Positions 40,948 through 50,944 of a DNA stretch of 64,000 nucleotides are shown here, in pieces. A model generated the notes under the pieces. It worked only from the letters and a program-made list of their open reading frames with translations, did not search any database and was not told the DNA's origin. Where the stretch lies: the NCBI GenBank assembly GCA_964627525.1, contig CAZVIA010000004.1, positions 1,565 to 65,564 of the forward strand. The letters are read 5' to 3'. The stretch comes from an uncultured Gammaproteobacteria bacterium (GTDB taxonomy: Bacteria > Patescibacteriota > Patescibacteriia > Magasanikbacterales > JBBTQS01). The position numbers and the translations under genes are program-made. The first letter of the stretch is position 1; each line of letters opens with the position of its first letter.

Positions 40948-41085
40948 TTAAGCTGCTAATTTTTTTCGAGCTTTTGTACGACGTCTTTTTAACACTCTTT
41001 TTCCTGCTTTTGAATCCATTCTTGCACGAAAACCATGTGTTTTAGCTCTTTTTCTATTCTTTGGCTGGTAAGTTCTTTTAGGCAT
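40948..41085 (-). CDS. rpmH: 50S ribosomal protein L34 (not in ORF track)
   Basis: [23 protein letters not shown]..., 45 aa, divergent from dnaA. Confidence 0.96.
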   Translation of the reverse strand: MPKRTYQPKNRKRAKTHGFRARMDSKAGKRVLKRRRTKARKKLAA

Positions 41086-41243
41086 ATCAATAAAACAGAA
41101 AAAATATACCACACCTAGATTTTAATTACAAGCGCAATTTTACAAAAACAATCCACACTCCTTCCCCACCTTACCCACTTTATCCACAACCCAATCAATG
41201 TTAGAATAGCCATACTAGATATATCACTACAAATACACTGATT

Positions 41244-42677
41244 ATGACTAAAGAACAAATCTGGCAATTAGTTTTAGCTGAAATAGAGCTCGGAATAAGT
41301 AAACCAAACTTTACAACATGGTTTCGTCAAACAGGGGTTAGTTTGTTTGAAGATGGAAATGTTGTGATTTGTGTACCAAATACCTTTACAAAGTCATGGT
41401 TGGAGAAAAAATATCACAGTTCTATACTAAGTTCACTTGAAAGAGTTAGTGGAACTCCGATTCAGAAAATTTTATATAAAGTAGAAGTAATTAAAAAACA
41501 ACCAATTATTGAGCAACCTGTTATTGATTTAAATAATACTTCAATAAATCCTTCTACAAACACAACAACCTCTGATGCTGACAAAAACACTGAAAAACAA
41601 CAAGAACACAGCATAATTCAACCACGAATCATGCCAAACAGAGACACAATGAACTCTGGCATGAATTCAAAATATGTTTTTGAAACATTTATTGTTGGAA
41701 AAAACAATGAATTAGCACATGCAGCAGCTCAAGCAGTTTCAACACGTCCAGGTGAAGCATATAACCCTTTATTTATTTATGGTGGTGTTGGTCTTGGAAA
41801 AACACACTTACTACAAGCAATTGGAAACAAATTACTACAAGAAGATCGCATAAATAAGGCAATTTATGTGACTTGTGAAAAATTTACAAATGATTTTCTT
41901 AATTCTGTTAGAACTGGTAATGCAAAAGAATTTAAAAACAGATATAGAAATGTGGATTTACTAATTATTGATGATATTCAGTTTATTGCTGGAAAAGAAC
42001 GTACCCAAGAAGAGTTTTTCCATACTTTTAATGAATTACACCAATCTACAAAGCAAATTGTACTTTCTTCAGACCGTCCACCAAAAGCAATTGAGTTAGA
42101 AGAGCGTTTAAAATCAAGGTTTGAGTGGGGAATGATTGCAGATGTTGCTAAACCAGATTTAGAAACAAGAGTAGCTATTTTAGAATCTAAGTGTAATGCA
42201 AAAGGTTTTAAATTAGACAGAAACTTATTACATTTAATTGCAGATGTGGTTCAAAACAACATTAGAGAGCTAGAAGGTGCTTTAAATAAAGTAGTTGCAT
42301 ATCATGAACTTAAGAAAATTGCACCTAGTACTGAAACACTTAGTGAGATTTTGTCTAATGTTCAATCATCTAAGAAATTACAACCTTGCACACCAAGCGA
42401 AATAATAGATATTGTTGCAGAATTTTATGGAATTCAAATTAAAGAAGTTTTAGGACCTAGTAGAGAAAAAAGATTAGCATTTCCAAGACAAATTTCTATG
42501 TTTTTGTTGAGAGAATATTTAAGTTTATCTTATCCAGCAATTGGAACTGCTTTAGGTGGACGTGATCACACAACAGCAATCCATGCTCACACAAAAATTT
42601 CAACACAAATTCAAGAAAATCAAAGACTAAAACAAGAGATTGAAGCTTTAAAAACAAAAATTGCTTCACAAGAATAA
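41244..42677 (+). CDS. dnaA: Replication initiator DnaA
   Basis: YNPLFIYGGVGLGKTHL, DDIQF, RELEGAL, GGRDHTT. Confidence 0.99.
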   Translation: MTKEQIWQLVLAEIELGISKPNFTTWFRQTGVSLFEDGNVVICVPNTFTKSWLEKKYHSSILSSLERVSGTPIQKILYKVEVIKKQPIIEQPVIDLNNTSINPSTNTTTSDADKNTEKQQEHSIIQPRIMPNRDTMNSGMNSKYVFETFIVGKNNELAHAAAQAVSTRPGEAYNPLFIYGGVGLGKTHLLQAIGNKLLQEDRINKAIYVTCEKFTNDFLNSVRTGNAKEFKNRYRNVDLLIIDDIQFIAGKERTQEEFFHTFNELHQSTKQIVLSSDRPPKAIELEERLKSRFEWGMIADVAKPDLETRVAILESKCNAKGFKLDRNLLHLIADVVQNNIRELEGALNKVVAYHELKKIAPSTETLSEILSNVQSSKKLQPCTPSEIIDIVAEFYGIQIKEVLGPSREKRLAFPRQISMFLLREYLSLSYPAIGTALGGRDHTTAIHAHTKISTQIQENQRLKQEIEALKTKIASQE

Positions 42678-42938
42678 TATTACAAAGTGGTAAAATAAGG
42701 GAAATCATCAGTGTATAAACTGTTAATTACATAGTTATAAATTGTGAATGGTGTACCACATATCAACACCCTAGTGGGTATAACACAAAATTCATCCACA
42801 CAACCTCACAGTTTATTAAAAAATTTTGCACAGAGATTTTTAACTAAAATTAAAAGAGAATTAGGGTTTTCCCCATAATCCACAGGTACTACTATTACTA
42901 CTACTAAATAAATACAAATAATAATATTTTATATAGTT
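42678..42938. other. Replication origin oriC (dnaA-dnaN spacer)
   Basis: Degenerate DnaA boxes; tandem TTTTCCCCA/TAATCCACA at 42867-42884, then TAC triplets at 42887-42906 and an AT-rich tract. Confidence 0.85.
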
Positions 42939-44057
42939 ATGTTGTTCACAAGTACAAAAGAAAATTTAATGCACGCTCTACAAAACGTAAGTGGAGCAGC
43001 AGGTAAGAATATTAATTTACCTATACTTAACAATGTTTTGATAAATGTTGAGGATAGTGTTGTAACATTAACTACAACTAATTTGGAGATGGCAATTAAA
43101 AATGATTTAAGAGCTAAGATTGAGGATAAAGGATCTTTTACGGTTCCAGCAAAAACTTTAACTGAATATGTTCAACTGGTTTCTGGTGATCAAGTTGTTG
43201 TTAAGTTGGATGAAAATGAATTGATTGTAACTTCAGGTAGAAGTAAAACAAAAATTAAAGGTGCGATAGCAGATGAATTTCCAATTGTTCCTAATACAGA
43301 ATCTCAAACAAAATATTTAGTTAAATTGGTGGATTTAAAAGAAACTTTAGGAAGGGTTTTGTTTGCTTGTTCTAAGAGTGAAGTGCGACCTGAATTGTCT
43401 GGAGTGTTTTTTCAGTTTAATAAGGTTGAGGGGAATTTGGTTTTAGCTGCTACAGATAGTTATCGTTTGGCTGAAGCAACAACAATGCTTTCAAACAAAG
43501 ATAATATAGAGCAATTAAATTGTATTATTCCTCATAGAACTTTGTTTGAATTAGCTAGGGTTATGAGTTCTCAAGTTGAAGTTGAAAATGTTGAAATTAT
43601 TATTGATGAAGTGCAAGTTGTGTTTGTGATTGGTGGTGTGACTATTACTTCAAGAAAAATTGAAGGAAATTATCCTGATTACACTCAAATTATTCCAAAA
43701 GAAGAAAAAACTAAAGCAATGTTTTTAACAGATGCTCTAATTAAAGAAGTTAAGGCAGCGAGTTTGTTTGCAAGTCAGGGAATAAATGCTGTTGCTCTTG
43801 ATTGTAATTCTGAAGAAGGTAATATTGGTATTTCATCTACAAGTACACAATTAGGTGAGCATGCCTCTGCATTGACTTCAGAGGTTGTAGGAGAGGAAGG
43901 AAGTACATTATTGAACTTTAGGTATGTTTTGGATGGTTTAGGTGTGTTACAGAGCGATGAGGGGGAGATAAGGTTGAATGGTACAACTGCTCCAGTGGTT
44001 TTTGCACCAAAAGATAAAGATAATTTCTTATATATAGTGATGCCAATTAGGCAGTAG
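42939..44057 (+). CDS. dnaN: DNA polymerase III beta clamp
   Basis: LPILNN, RPELSG, ATDSYRL, YPDY, VMPIR. Confidence 0.97.
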   Translation: MLFTSTKENLMHALQNVSGAAGKNINLPILNNVLINVEDSVVTLTTTNLEMAIKNDLRAKIEDKGSFTVPAKTLTEYVQLVSGDQVVVKLDENELIVTSGRSKTKIKGAIADEFPIVPNTESQTKYLVKLVDLKETLGRVLFACSKSEVRPELSGVFFQFNKVEGNLVLAATDSYRLAEATTMLSNKDNIEQLNCIIPHRTLFELARVMSSQVEVENVEIIIDEVQVVFVIGGVTITSRKIEGNYPDYTQIIPKEEKTKAMFLTDALIKEVKAASLFASQGINAVALDCNSEEGNIGISSTSTQLGEHASALTSEVVGEEGSTLLNFRYVLDGLGVLQSDEGEIRLNGTTAPVVFAPKDKDNFLYIVMPIRQ

Positions 44058-46937
44058 TTATTTTATTGTAACTGTAATTGATTCTGTTATTGTTTGTGAT
44101 TGTGTTTTGTCTGAAGTTATAAATGACAAAATATAATCCCCTTTTTCTGATTCACTCCATTTAAAATGTTTTTGTTCTTCAGGTTCGCTAGTTGTAAAAA
44201 TTGTTTTTTGTGTACCGTCTTTTGTTGAGATTGCTGTAATGTCATTTATTTTACTTGGTTGAAAAACATTAAAACCAATTGTTAAAGGAAAACTTGATGC
44301 ATAAAAACTCGCACCATTTTTAGGTGAAGACCATGTAATTTCTGATGGAGGTGGTGGTGCATCTAAAGTAAAATTAATTTCATTACTATACCCAACATTT
44401 CCTTTGTCATCATAGGCGCGTGCTGTAAGTTTGTGTTTTTTGTTTTCTAATTCTCGTGCATAATAAGTTAATTCAAAAGGATATGAATTTGTTGTGTAAA
44501 CTTGTTCATCATCAATAAAATATTTTACTTTCGCAATTCCGCGTGGAGCTGAAGCTTGGATTTTTGCAATTATGTTTCTTGAATCAAAAACCGCATTGTT
44601 TGATGGAAATGTAAAATTAATTTTTGGGGCAAGTTTTTCATCGTGAACATCATCTTTTTCAGTTGGTGGAAGATCTAACACAACTTTTTCACCTGATTCA
44701 ACTAATTTGTCAATCCATGTTTGAACTGCATTTTCCCATTCATTATATTGAGCGTCATCTTCAGGGTTTTTTGGTTCAGATCCATTTGGATTATCTTTTT
44801 TCACATAATGCAAAATTGAATGTGGTTGCAAATAAGTTCTTTCTTCAATAAATTCTTCTGGTGTTGAAGATGTGGCAAGTTTGCCAGAAATTTTATCAAC
44901 TAGTAAGGTGATTTTTCCTGAATCTGTTCCGCGAAGAACTGGTTTTTTAGATTTGTTTTCAGGTGCTTCTGGAAAACTTTCTACAGGTTTGCCAGCTAAT
45001 GCTTTTTGCATAAAACCATTCCAAATTGGAGCAGCAGCAATAGAACCACCAGCACCATTCATTGGTGTGTTGTCATTATTTCCAGCCCAAACACCTGCAG
45101 CTAATTGTGGTGTATATCCTAAAGTCCAACCATCTCTATAATCATTTGTTGTTCCTGTTTTTGCAGCTACTTGTCTACCAGGTAAAGTTAGGTTTGAACC
45201 AGATCCAAACATGTATGAGCGTGCATTATCATCAGATAAAATATTGCTAATTGTATAGGTGTGTTCTTTATCTATTGCACGGTGTTTTTTCTCATCCCAT
45301 TCAAATAATTCTTCACCGTCTTTGTCTTCAACAGACAAAATAAATGTTGGCTCATGATAAACACCTTCGTTTGCAAGTGTTGCATAAGCATTTGTGTGCT
45401 CTAATAATTTTACTTCTGCTCCACCTAAAACCATAGACAAACCAAAACGATCTCTGTCTTGTAAAGTTGTATAACCAAACCTTCCAGCAAAACTTACCAT
45501 GTCATCAACACCAACTAAGTACAACATTTTTACAGCTGGAATATTTAATGAACCTTGCAAAGCTTTGCGAACTGTAATTGGACCACGTTCTTTTTGGTCG
45601 TAGTTGTGAGGAGTGTATGAATCTTCTGTTCTTGAATCAAAATTTGTCACAACATCATAAAGTATTGTGTCTGGTGTATATTCTTTTTCAAAACCAGCTG
45701 TGTAAACAAATGGTTTAAAAGATGAGCCAGGTTGTCGTGATCTCATTGCTACATTAACTTGGCCGTCTGTTTCTTCATCAAAAAAATCTTTTGAACCAAT
45801 CATTACTAACACCTGACCATTTGAAGGATCAATTGCTGTTAAGGCTGCATTGCCAATATTGTATAAGTCTGAAGCTTTGTCTAAGAAAGTTGTGATTGAT
45901 TTTTCTGCTGCTGTGTGAAGATCAAAATCAAGTGTGGTCATAACTTTTAGTCCACCGGTTTCAACAACTTTTTCACCAAATTGTTCTGTAAGTAATTCTT
46001 TAACATGTAAAACAAAATGAGGGGCATCTATTCCAGTTAGTCTTTCTTTTAATTCTAAAGGCTCTGCTTGTGCTTTGGTTTTTTGATCTGCTGTAATATA
46101 ACCTTCGCTATACATTCTTGAAATAACAAAGTCACGGCGCTCTTGCATCTCATCTATGTTATTTAAATAAAATGTTGGAGCTTGTACCATTCCAGCTAAA
46201 GTTGCTGCTTCAGGTAGGTTTATGTCATGACTAGATTTTCCAAAGTAAGCTTGGCTTGCTGATTCAATTCCATAGTTTGTTGAGCCGTATGGAATTTCGT
46301 TAAAATATAATTTTAGGATTTCTTGTTTTGTGTATTTGCGCTCAAGTTGTAATGAAAGGATTGCTTCTTTAATTTTTCTGTTAATGGATTTTTCTGTTCC
46401 TACGATTGCGTTTTTAACAAGTTGTTGTGTAAGTGTTGAAGCACCACCTCTGCCAGAATCTAAATGTAAAAAGTTTGAAATTGCAGCGCGGATGATTGAA
46501 GTAAATCGCACACCTTTGTGTTCATAAAATTTTGAGTCCTCTACTGCGATCGCTGCGTTAACTGCGTAAGATGGAATGTCCTCTAATTCAACAATTGTTC
46601 TTTTCTTTTCTGAAAAAATTTCATACAACAAGTGTTCGCCAGTTTTGTCGTAAATTTTTGTGCTTTCAGCAACTTGTCTGTTTCCTAATTTGTTTGGATC
46701 TGGAAGGTCGCGACTAATCCATGCTGCATAAATTGTAATAAAAGAAAAAAGTAAAATGCAAAAAATTACTCCATAAGAAATTAGTTTTTTCCATGTAAAT
46801 TTTTTGCGCACTAAGCGTTTTATTTTTTTGTGTGCAAATTGTGCGTGTTGTGCGGTTGTGCGAGTTTTACTTGATCTACTTGTGCGAGAAACACGATTTT
46901 TTCTGTGGCCAGTGCCACGATGTCTTGATGTTGGCAT
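44058..46937 (-). CDS. Class A penicillin-binding protein with C-terminal Ig-like domains
   Basis: EDSKF, GASTLTQQLVKN, RKIKE, SSFK, SLN, KTGT. Confidence 0.94.
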   Translation of the reverse strand: MPTSRHRGTGHRKNRVSRTSRSSKTRTTAQHAQFAHKKIKRLVRKKFTWKKLISYGVIFCILLFSFITIYAAWISRDLPDPNKLGNRQVAESTKIYDKTGEHLLYEIFSEKKRTIVELEDIPSYAVNAAIAVEDSKFYEHKGVRFTSIIRAAISNFLHLDSGRGGASTLTQQLVKNAIVGTEKSINRKIKEAILSLQLERKYTKQEILKLYFNEIPYGSTNYGIESASQAYFGKSSHDINLPEAATLAGMVQAPTFYLNNIDEMQERRDFVISRMYSEGYITADQKTKAQAEPLELKERLTGIDAPHFVLHVKELLTEQFGEKVVETGGLKVMTTLDFDLHTAAEKSITTFLDKASDLYNIGNAALTAIDPSNGQVLVMIGSKDFFDEETDGQVNVAMRSRQPGSSFKPFVYTAGFEKEYTPDTILYDVVTNFDSRTEDSYTPHNYDQKERGPITVRKALQGSLNIPAVKMLYLVGVDDMVSFAGRFGYTTLQDRDRFGLSMVLGGAEVKLLEHTNAYATLANEGVYHEPTFILSVEDKDGEELFEWDEKKHRAIDKEHTYTISNILSDDNARSYMFGSGSNLTLPGRQVAAKTGTTNDYRDGWTLGYTPQLAAGVWAGNNDNTPMNGAGGSIAAAPIWNGFMQKALAGKPVESFPEAPENKSKKPVLRGTDSGKITLLVDKISGKLATSSTPEEFIEERTYLQPHSILHYVKKDNPNGSEPKNPEDDAQYNEWENAVQTWIDKLVESGEKVVLDLPPTEKDDVHDEKLAPKINFTFPSNNAVFDSRNIIAKIQASAPRGIAKVKYFIDDEQVYTTNSYPFELTYYARELENKKHKLTARAYDDKGNVGYSNEINFTLDAPPPPSEITWSSPKNGASFYASSFPLTIGFNVFQPSKINDITAISTKDGTQKTIFTTSEPEEQKHFKWSESEKGDYILSFITSDKTQSQTITESITVTIK

Positions 46938-47025
46938 AGATTATTGTAACTTTGTTTGGTGTTTGACAACAGGTTATGTAGTGTTGACAGATTTACCTAA
47001 ATATGGTAATATATAGCAAGTTTAA

Positions 47026-47538
47026 ATGCAATATATGAAGCACCAGATGGAAATAATTGAACATATTTTGATGCGCAGTTTTTGTGTAACTTTAGCCATT
47101 TTAGTGGCTGGATTTTTCATTTTTTCACCTGCGATAGCTGATGCTCAAACAGTGTTTGGTGCTCACTTTACATCATACACTGAAAAACCAAATTTGGCAC
47201 GAGGCTTGCCTTTATCACAAGGTGTTAGAGATCGTATCAATAAAAAGTATAAAGTTGGAGCTACAGCTTATTCAAGTGCTCCAAATCAGACAGATGACTC
47301 TCCTTTTTTGAGTGCAAATCAAACTTATGTTTATGATGGAATGATTGCAGCAAATTTTTTGCCGTTTGGGACTCTTGTGAAAATCCCATCTATTTCTGAA
47401 ACTAAAATTTTTCGCGTGGATGATAGAATGAATTCACGTTATTACAAAAAAATTGACATTTGGATGCCAGATCGCGAAAGTGCAATCCAATTTGGATACA
47501 AAAATTTAGAGATTGAAATTGTTGGAAGACAATTATAA
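47026..47538 (+). CDS. 3D-domain protein
   Basis: ATAYSS..QTD, AANFLPFGT, DDRM..IDIW; N-terminal TM. Confidence 0.85.
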   Translation: MQYMKHQMEIIEHILMRSFCVTLAILVAGFFIFSPAIADAQTVFGAHFTSYTEKPNLARGLPLSQGVRDRINKKYKVGATAYSSAPNQTDDSPFLSANQTYVYDGMIAANFLPFGTLVKIPSISETKIFRVDDRMNSRYYKKIDIWMPDRESAIQFGYKNLEIEIVGRQL

Positions 47539-47726
47539 ACAATTAATTGAAAAAATATTTAACCACATACCTCCTTCGGCACGCTCGACCGCCCCAGCGT
47601 GGCGGTCTTCGCTATGCGTTCGCTTTCGCTCGTCCGGCGGTAAAGCCGGACACCATGCTCGCTCCAGCTCTCGAATACCTCAGGTAGGTATATGGTTAAC
47701 AATATTTTACAAACAATTGTTTATAA
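47533..47726. mobile_element. MITE-like palindromic element
   Basis: About 40-bp imperfect terminal inverted repeats enclosing a GC-rich core with two 7-bp hairpins. Confidence 0.45.
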
Positions 47727-47797
47727 AAATAGTGACGAGGAGTTGTACAAGCACATGAGCAAACAAACAGGAGTGAAAGCTATGTATTATTTTTTTG

Positions 47798-47868
47798 AGG
47801 CACCGGTGGGAATCGAACCCACGATAAAGGCTTTGCAGGCCCCTGCCTTACCACTTGGCTACGGTGCC
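47798..47868 (-). tRNA. tRNA-Cys(GCA)
   Basis: GGCACCG acceptor, GCA anticodon, GTTCGATTC T-loop, U discriminator, no encoded CCA. Confidence 0.95.
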
Positions 47869-47913
47869 AATTTTTTTGTAATCCAGTAATCAAACAATAT
47901 CAAATCTAGGGGG

Positions 47914-48164
47914 AAAAGAAAAGAGTCTTGGGGTAGAATGTGCCTAATTCATGGCCATCTTATCTCCAAGACTCTGATGTTGGGTGCTGTGCTGACAAGT
48001 AGATGGTTGGTGGGAGCTTGTACGAGAATGCTTTTACCCACCATGCTACGTTGTGTAGCCCGTCTCACACCCCTTCTGACTTGCTTGCGGGCCAGTACCC
48101 GAAGTGTGGCGCTTCAAAATGGTTCTGGTGTGTACCAAAATTCACACAAATGCCAACACAGCAT
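47914..48164 (-). ncRNA. Promoter-driven structured RNA candidate
   Basis: TTGACA-17-TATAAA at 48170-48198; 13-bp closing stem with G-U pairs only on minus; 10-bp stem plus U tract at 3' end. Confidence 0.55.
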
Positions 48165-48233
48165 GTATTTTTATATCATTTTTGTTGAGATGTGTCAAGC
48201 GAATGTGGTATTCTGTCAATATAACAACCAAAT

Positions 48234-50924
48234 ATGACACCTGAAAAAATACGAAATAAGTTTGTGATATTAGATGGAAATGCGATTATTCATCGTGCTT
48301 ATCATGCACTTCCGCCTCTGACAAGCAAAAAAGGCCAAATGGTAAATGCTGTTTATGGTTTTGGAACAATTTTAATTAGAATTTTAAAAGAATTAACCCC
48401 AACTCATGTTGTGGTAACTTTTGATTTGGCTGGGCCAACTTTTCGTCATGAAAAATACGAAGATTATAAAGCCACTCGTGTAAAAGCAGATGATGAGTTG
48501 TATGAGCAGATTCCGCTGATTCATGAGTTGGTTGAAGCTTTTAATATTCCAATTGTTGAAAAGAAGGGTTTTGAAGCTGATGATTGTATTGGTACTTTGG
48601 TGAAAAAAGTTGAGCGCGGTGGTAAAACCGATGTTGTGATTGTTACAGGTGATTTAGATACTTTGCAATTAGTTGATGATCATGTGACGGTTTATACAAT
48701 GCGAAAAGGCATGAGTGATATTGTTGAATATGATCGTGCTGAAGTTGCAAAGCGGTATGATAGTTTGACTCCAGAGCAAGTGATTGATTTTAAGGCGTTG
48801 AAAGGTGATGCAAGTGATAACATAAAAGGTGTGAAAGGTATTGGTGAAAAAGGTGCGATTGATTTGTTGAAAAATTTTAAGAGTTTGGATGGAATTTATA
48901 AGGCAGTTGATTCTATTGATGCTGATTCTGGCAAAACTGGCGCTAGTGGCAAAACTGAAAAAATTAAGCCAGCTACTTTGAAAAAATTAATTGACAGTCG
49001 CAAAAGTGCATATGAATCTCAGGAATTAGCAACTATTGTTTTAGATGTTCCAATTAGTCGTGGGTTAAAAGATTTTATTCGTAAGCCAGTTAATGAAAAA
49101 GCTTTGTTGGAGTTGTTGCAAGAATTAGAATTTACTTCTTTGTTGTCTCGCATTCCTGGAATGAAAAATAAAATTGTTGTAGCAAAGAAAAAAAATGTAA
49201 AAATTGTTGAGTTGGGTCAAGGTGATTTGTCTGGGGTTTTTGGGAAAATTGAAAAAGAAGATGAGGTGGGTGTGGTTTTGCAAACAACTGATGAGGGAAA
49301 TTTTTTGGATAAAGAAATTTTAGGGTTGGCAATTGTGAGTGCGCGAAATAATTGGTATGTTTCTGCAGAAGTTAAAGGTTGGGAAAAATTGTTGAGTGCG
49401 AAAACTCGTTATTGTGTGCATGATTCAAAAGAGTTTGTAAAAGTTTTGTGGGAAAATGGTGTTGTTGAACCGAAAAATATTTTTGATGTGATGATTGGTT
49501 CTTATTTATTACATTCAGAAAGTCGTGCGCATGGTTTGGATGCTTTGGCTTTAAAATATTTGGGTGAGAAAATTGAGAAGTCGGACAAGCAGGCGAGTTT
49601 GTTTGGAAAGCCAAAAGAAAATGTTGTGGCAGAGGCAGGTGCGGTTTTTGGAATTGCAAAACATGTTGATAAGGAAATGGAAAAAGTTTTGGTGTGGGGT
49701 TTGTATGAAAAAATTGAAGGGCCATTGGTTGAGGTTTTGGCGCGCATGGAACGTCATGGAATTGCGATTGATTCTGGGCTATTGGCGAGTTTGGCAAAAA
49801 AAGTTGATGCGCGTTTAGGAGAATTGGAAAAACAAATTCATAAACATGCGGGTAAAGATTTTAATGTAAATTCTTCAGCGCAGTTGCGTGATATTTTGTT
49901 TGAGGATTTGGGGTTGCCAACTCAAGATATTAAAAAAGGTAAGACAGGTTATTCAACTGCGGCAACTGAATTGGCAAAGCTCAAAGGTTTTCATCCGATT
50001 ATAGAATTGATTGAGGAGAATCGTGAACTGACAAAATTGAAAACAACTTATATTGATGTGTTGCCAACTTTGACTCATGAAAAAACGAAACGCATTCACA
50101 CAACTTTTAATCAAACTGTAACTGCAACTGGACGTTTGTCTTCTTCAGAGCCAAACATGCAAAATATTCCAACGCGCACTGAAGAGGGTCGCAAAATTCG
50201 CGATGCTTTCGTTGCTGGGTCTGGTTGTACTTTGGTGGTTGCTGATTATTCCCAGGTTGAATTGAGGATAGTTGCTTCTTTGGCAAATGATGCTGGGATG
50301 ATTGAGATTTTTGAGAAAGGTGAGGACATTCATAAATCAACTGCAGCAAAAATTCAGGGCGTGGCTTTGGATAAAGTTACTTCTGACATGCGTCGTAAAG
50401 CCAAGGAAGTTAATTTTGGGGTTTTGTATGGAATGGGTTCATTTGGTTTGGCGGCGCGTACTGGAATTTCTAGAGCTGAAGCACAAGAGTTTATTGAAAA
50501 ATATTTTAATGCGTTTAAAGGTGTTAAAAAATATATTGATGAGACAATGGATTTGGCAAAGAAAAAAGGATATGTTGAAACAATGTTTGGTCGGCGCAGA
50601 TATATTCAAGATATTGGTTCAAGTAATTTTCAAGTGCGAGCTGCAGCAGAGAGAATGGCAATTAACCACCCTGTTCAAGGGACTGCAGCTGATTTGATGA
50701 AGTTAGCAATGATTGAAGTTGATAAATTTATTATTGATGAGAAATTGGAAGACAAAGTAAAAATGTTATTGCAAGTTCACGATGAATTGGTTTTTGAGGT
50801 TAAGGATTCTATGGCGGAAAAAATTGCAAAGCAAATTAAGGAGATTATGGAATCTGTGATAAAATTGCGTGTGCCAGTTGAGACAGATGTTGGTATTGGT
50901 AAAAGTTGGGGTGCTGCAAAATAA
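48234..50924 (+). CDS. polA: DNA polymerase I
   Basis: 5'-3' exonuclease (EADD, GDASDN), ADYSQVELR, motif B, QVHDELV. Confidence 0.98.
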   Translation: MTPEKIRNKFVILDGNAIIHRAYHALPPLTSKKGQMVNAVYGFGTILIRILKELTPTHVVVTFDLAGPTFRHEKYEDYKATRVKADDELYEQIPLIHELVEAFNIPIVEKKGFEADDCIGTLVKKVERGGKTDVVIVTGDLDTLQLVDDHVTVYTMRKGMSDIVEYDRAEVAKRYDSLTPEQVIDFKALKGDASDNIKGVKGIGEKGAIDLLKNFKSLDGIYKAVDSIDADSGKTGASGKTEKIKPATLKKLIDSRKSAYESQELATIVLDVPISRGLKDFIRKPVNEKALLELLQELEFTSLLSRIPGMKNKIVVAKKKNVKIVELGQGDLSGVFGKIEKEDEVGVVLQTTDEGNFLDKEILGLAIVSARNNWYVSAEVKGWEKLLSAKTRYCVHDSKEFVKVLWENGVVEPKNIFDVMIGSYLLHSESRAHGLDALALKYLGEKIEKSDKQASLFGKPKENVVAEAGAVFGIAKHVDKEMEKVLVWGLYEKIEGPLVEVLARMERHGIAIDSGLLASLAKKVDARLGELEKQIHKHAGKDFNVNSSAQLRDILFEDLGLPTQDIKKGKTGYSTAATELAKLKGFHPIIELIEENRELTKLKTTYIDVLPTLTHEKTKRIHTTFNQTVTATGRLSSSEPNMQNIPTRTEEGRKIRDAFVAGSGCTLVVADYSQVELRIVASLANDAGMIEIFEKGEDIHKSTAAKIQGVALDKVTSDMRRKAKEVNFGVLYGMGSFGLAARTGISRAEAQEFIEKYFNAFKGVKKYIDETMDLAKKKGYVETMFGRRRYIQDIGSSNFQVRAAAERMAINHPVQGTAADLMKLAMIEVDKFIIDEKLEDKVKMLLQVHDELVFEVKDSMAEKIAKQIKEIMESVIKLRVPVETDVGIGKSWGAAK

Positions 50925-50944
50925 TTTAAGGAAGTTGGAAAATC

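Noticed and set aside
48060-48100. Cobalamin riboswitch (CCCGCAA..AAGTCAGAAG words on minus)
   Set aside because: GGGAA, GCCACTG and the B12-box context are missing, and no cobalamin gene lies downstream
47513-48237. ORFs 47513-47758, 47692-47889, 47938-48237 and 48003-48188
   Set aside because: They overlap the palindromic element, tRNA-Cys and the structured RNA; no protein-like features
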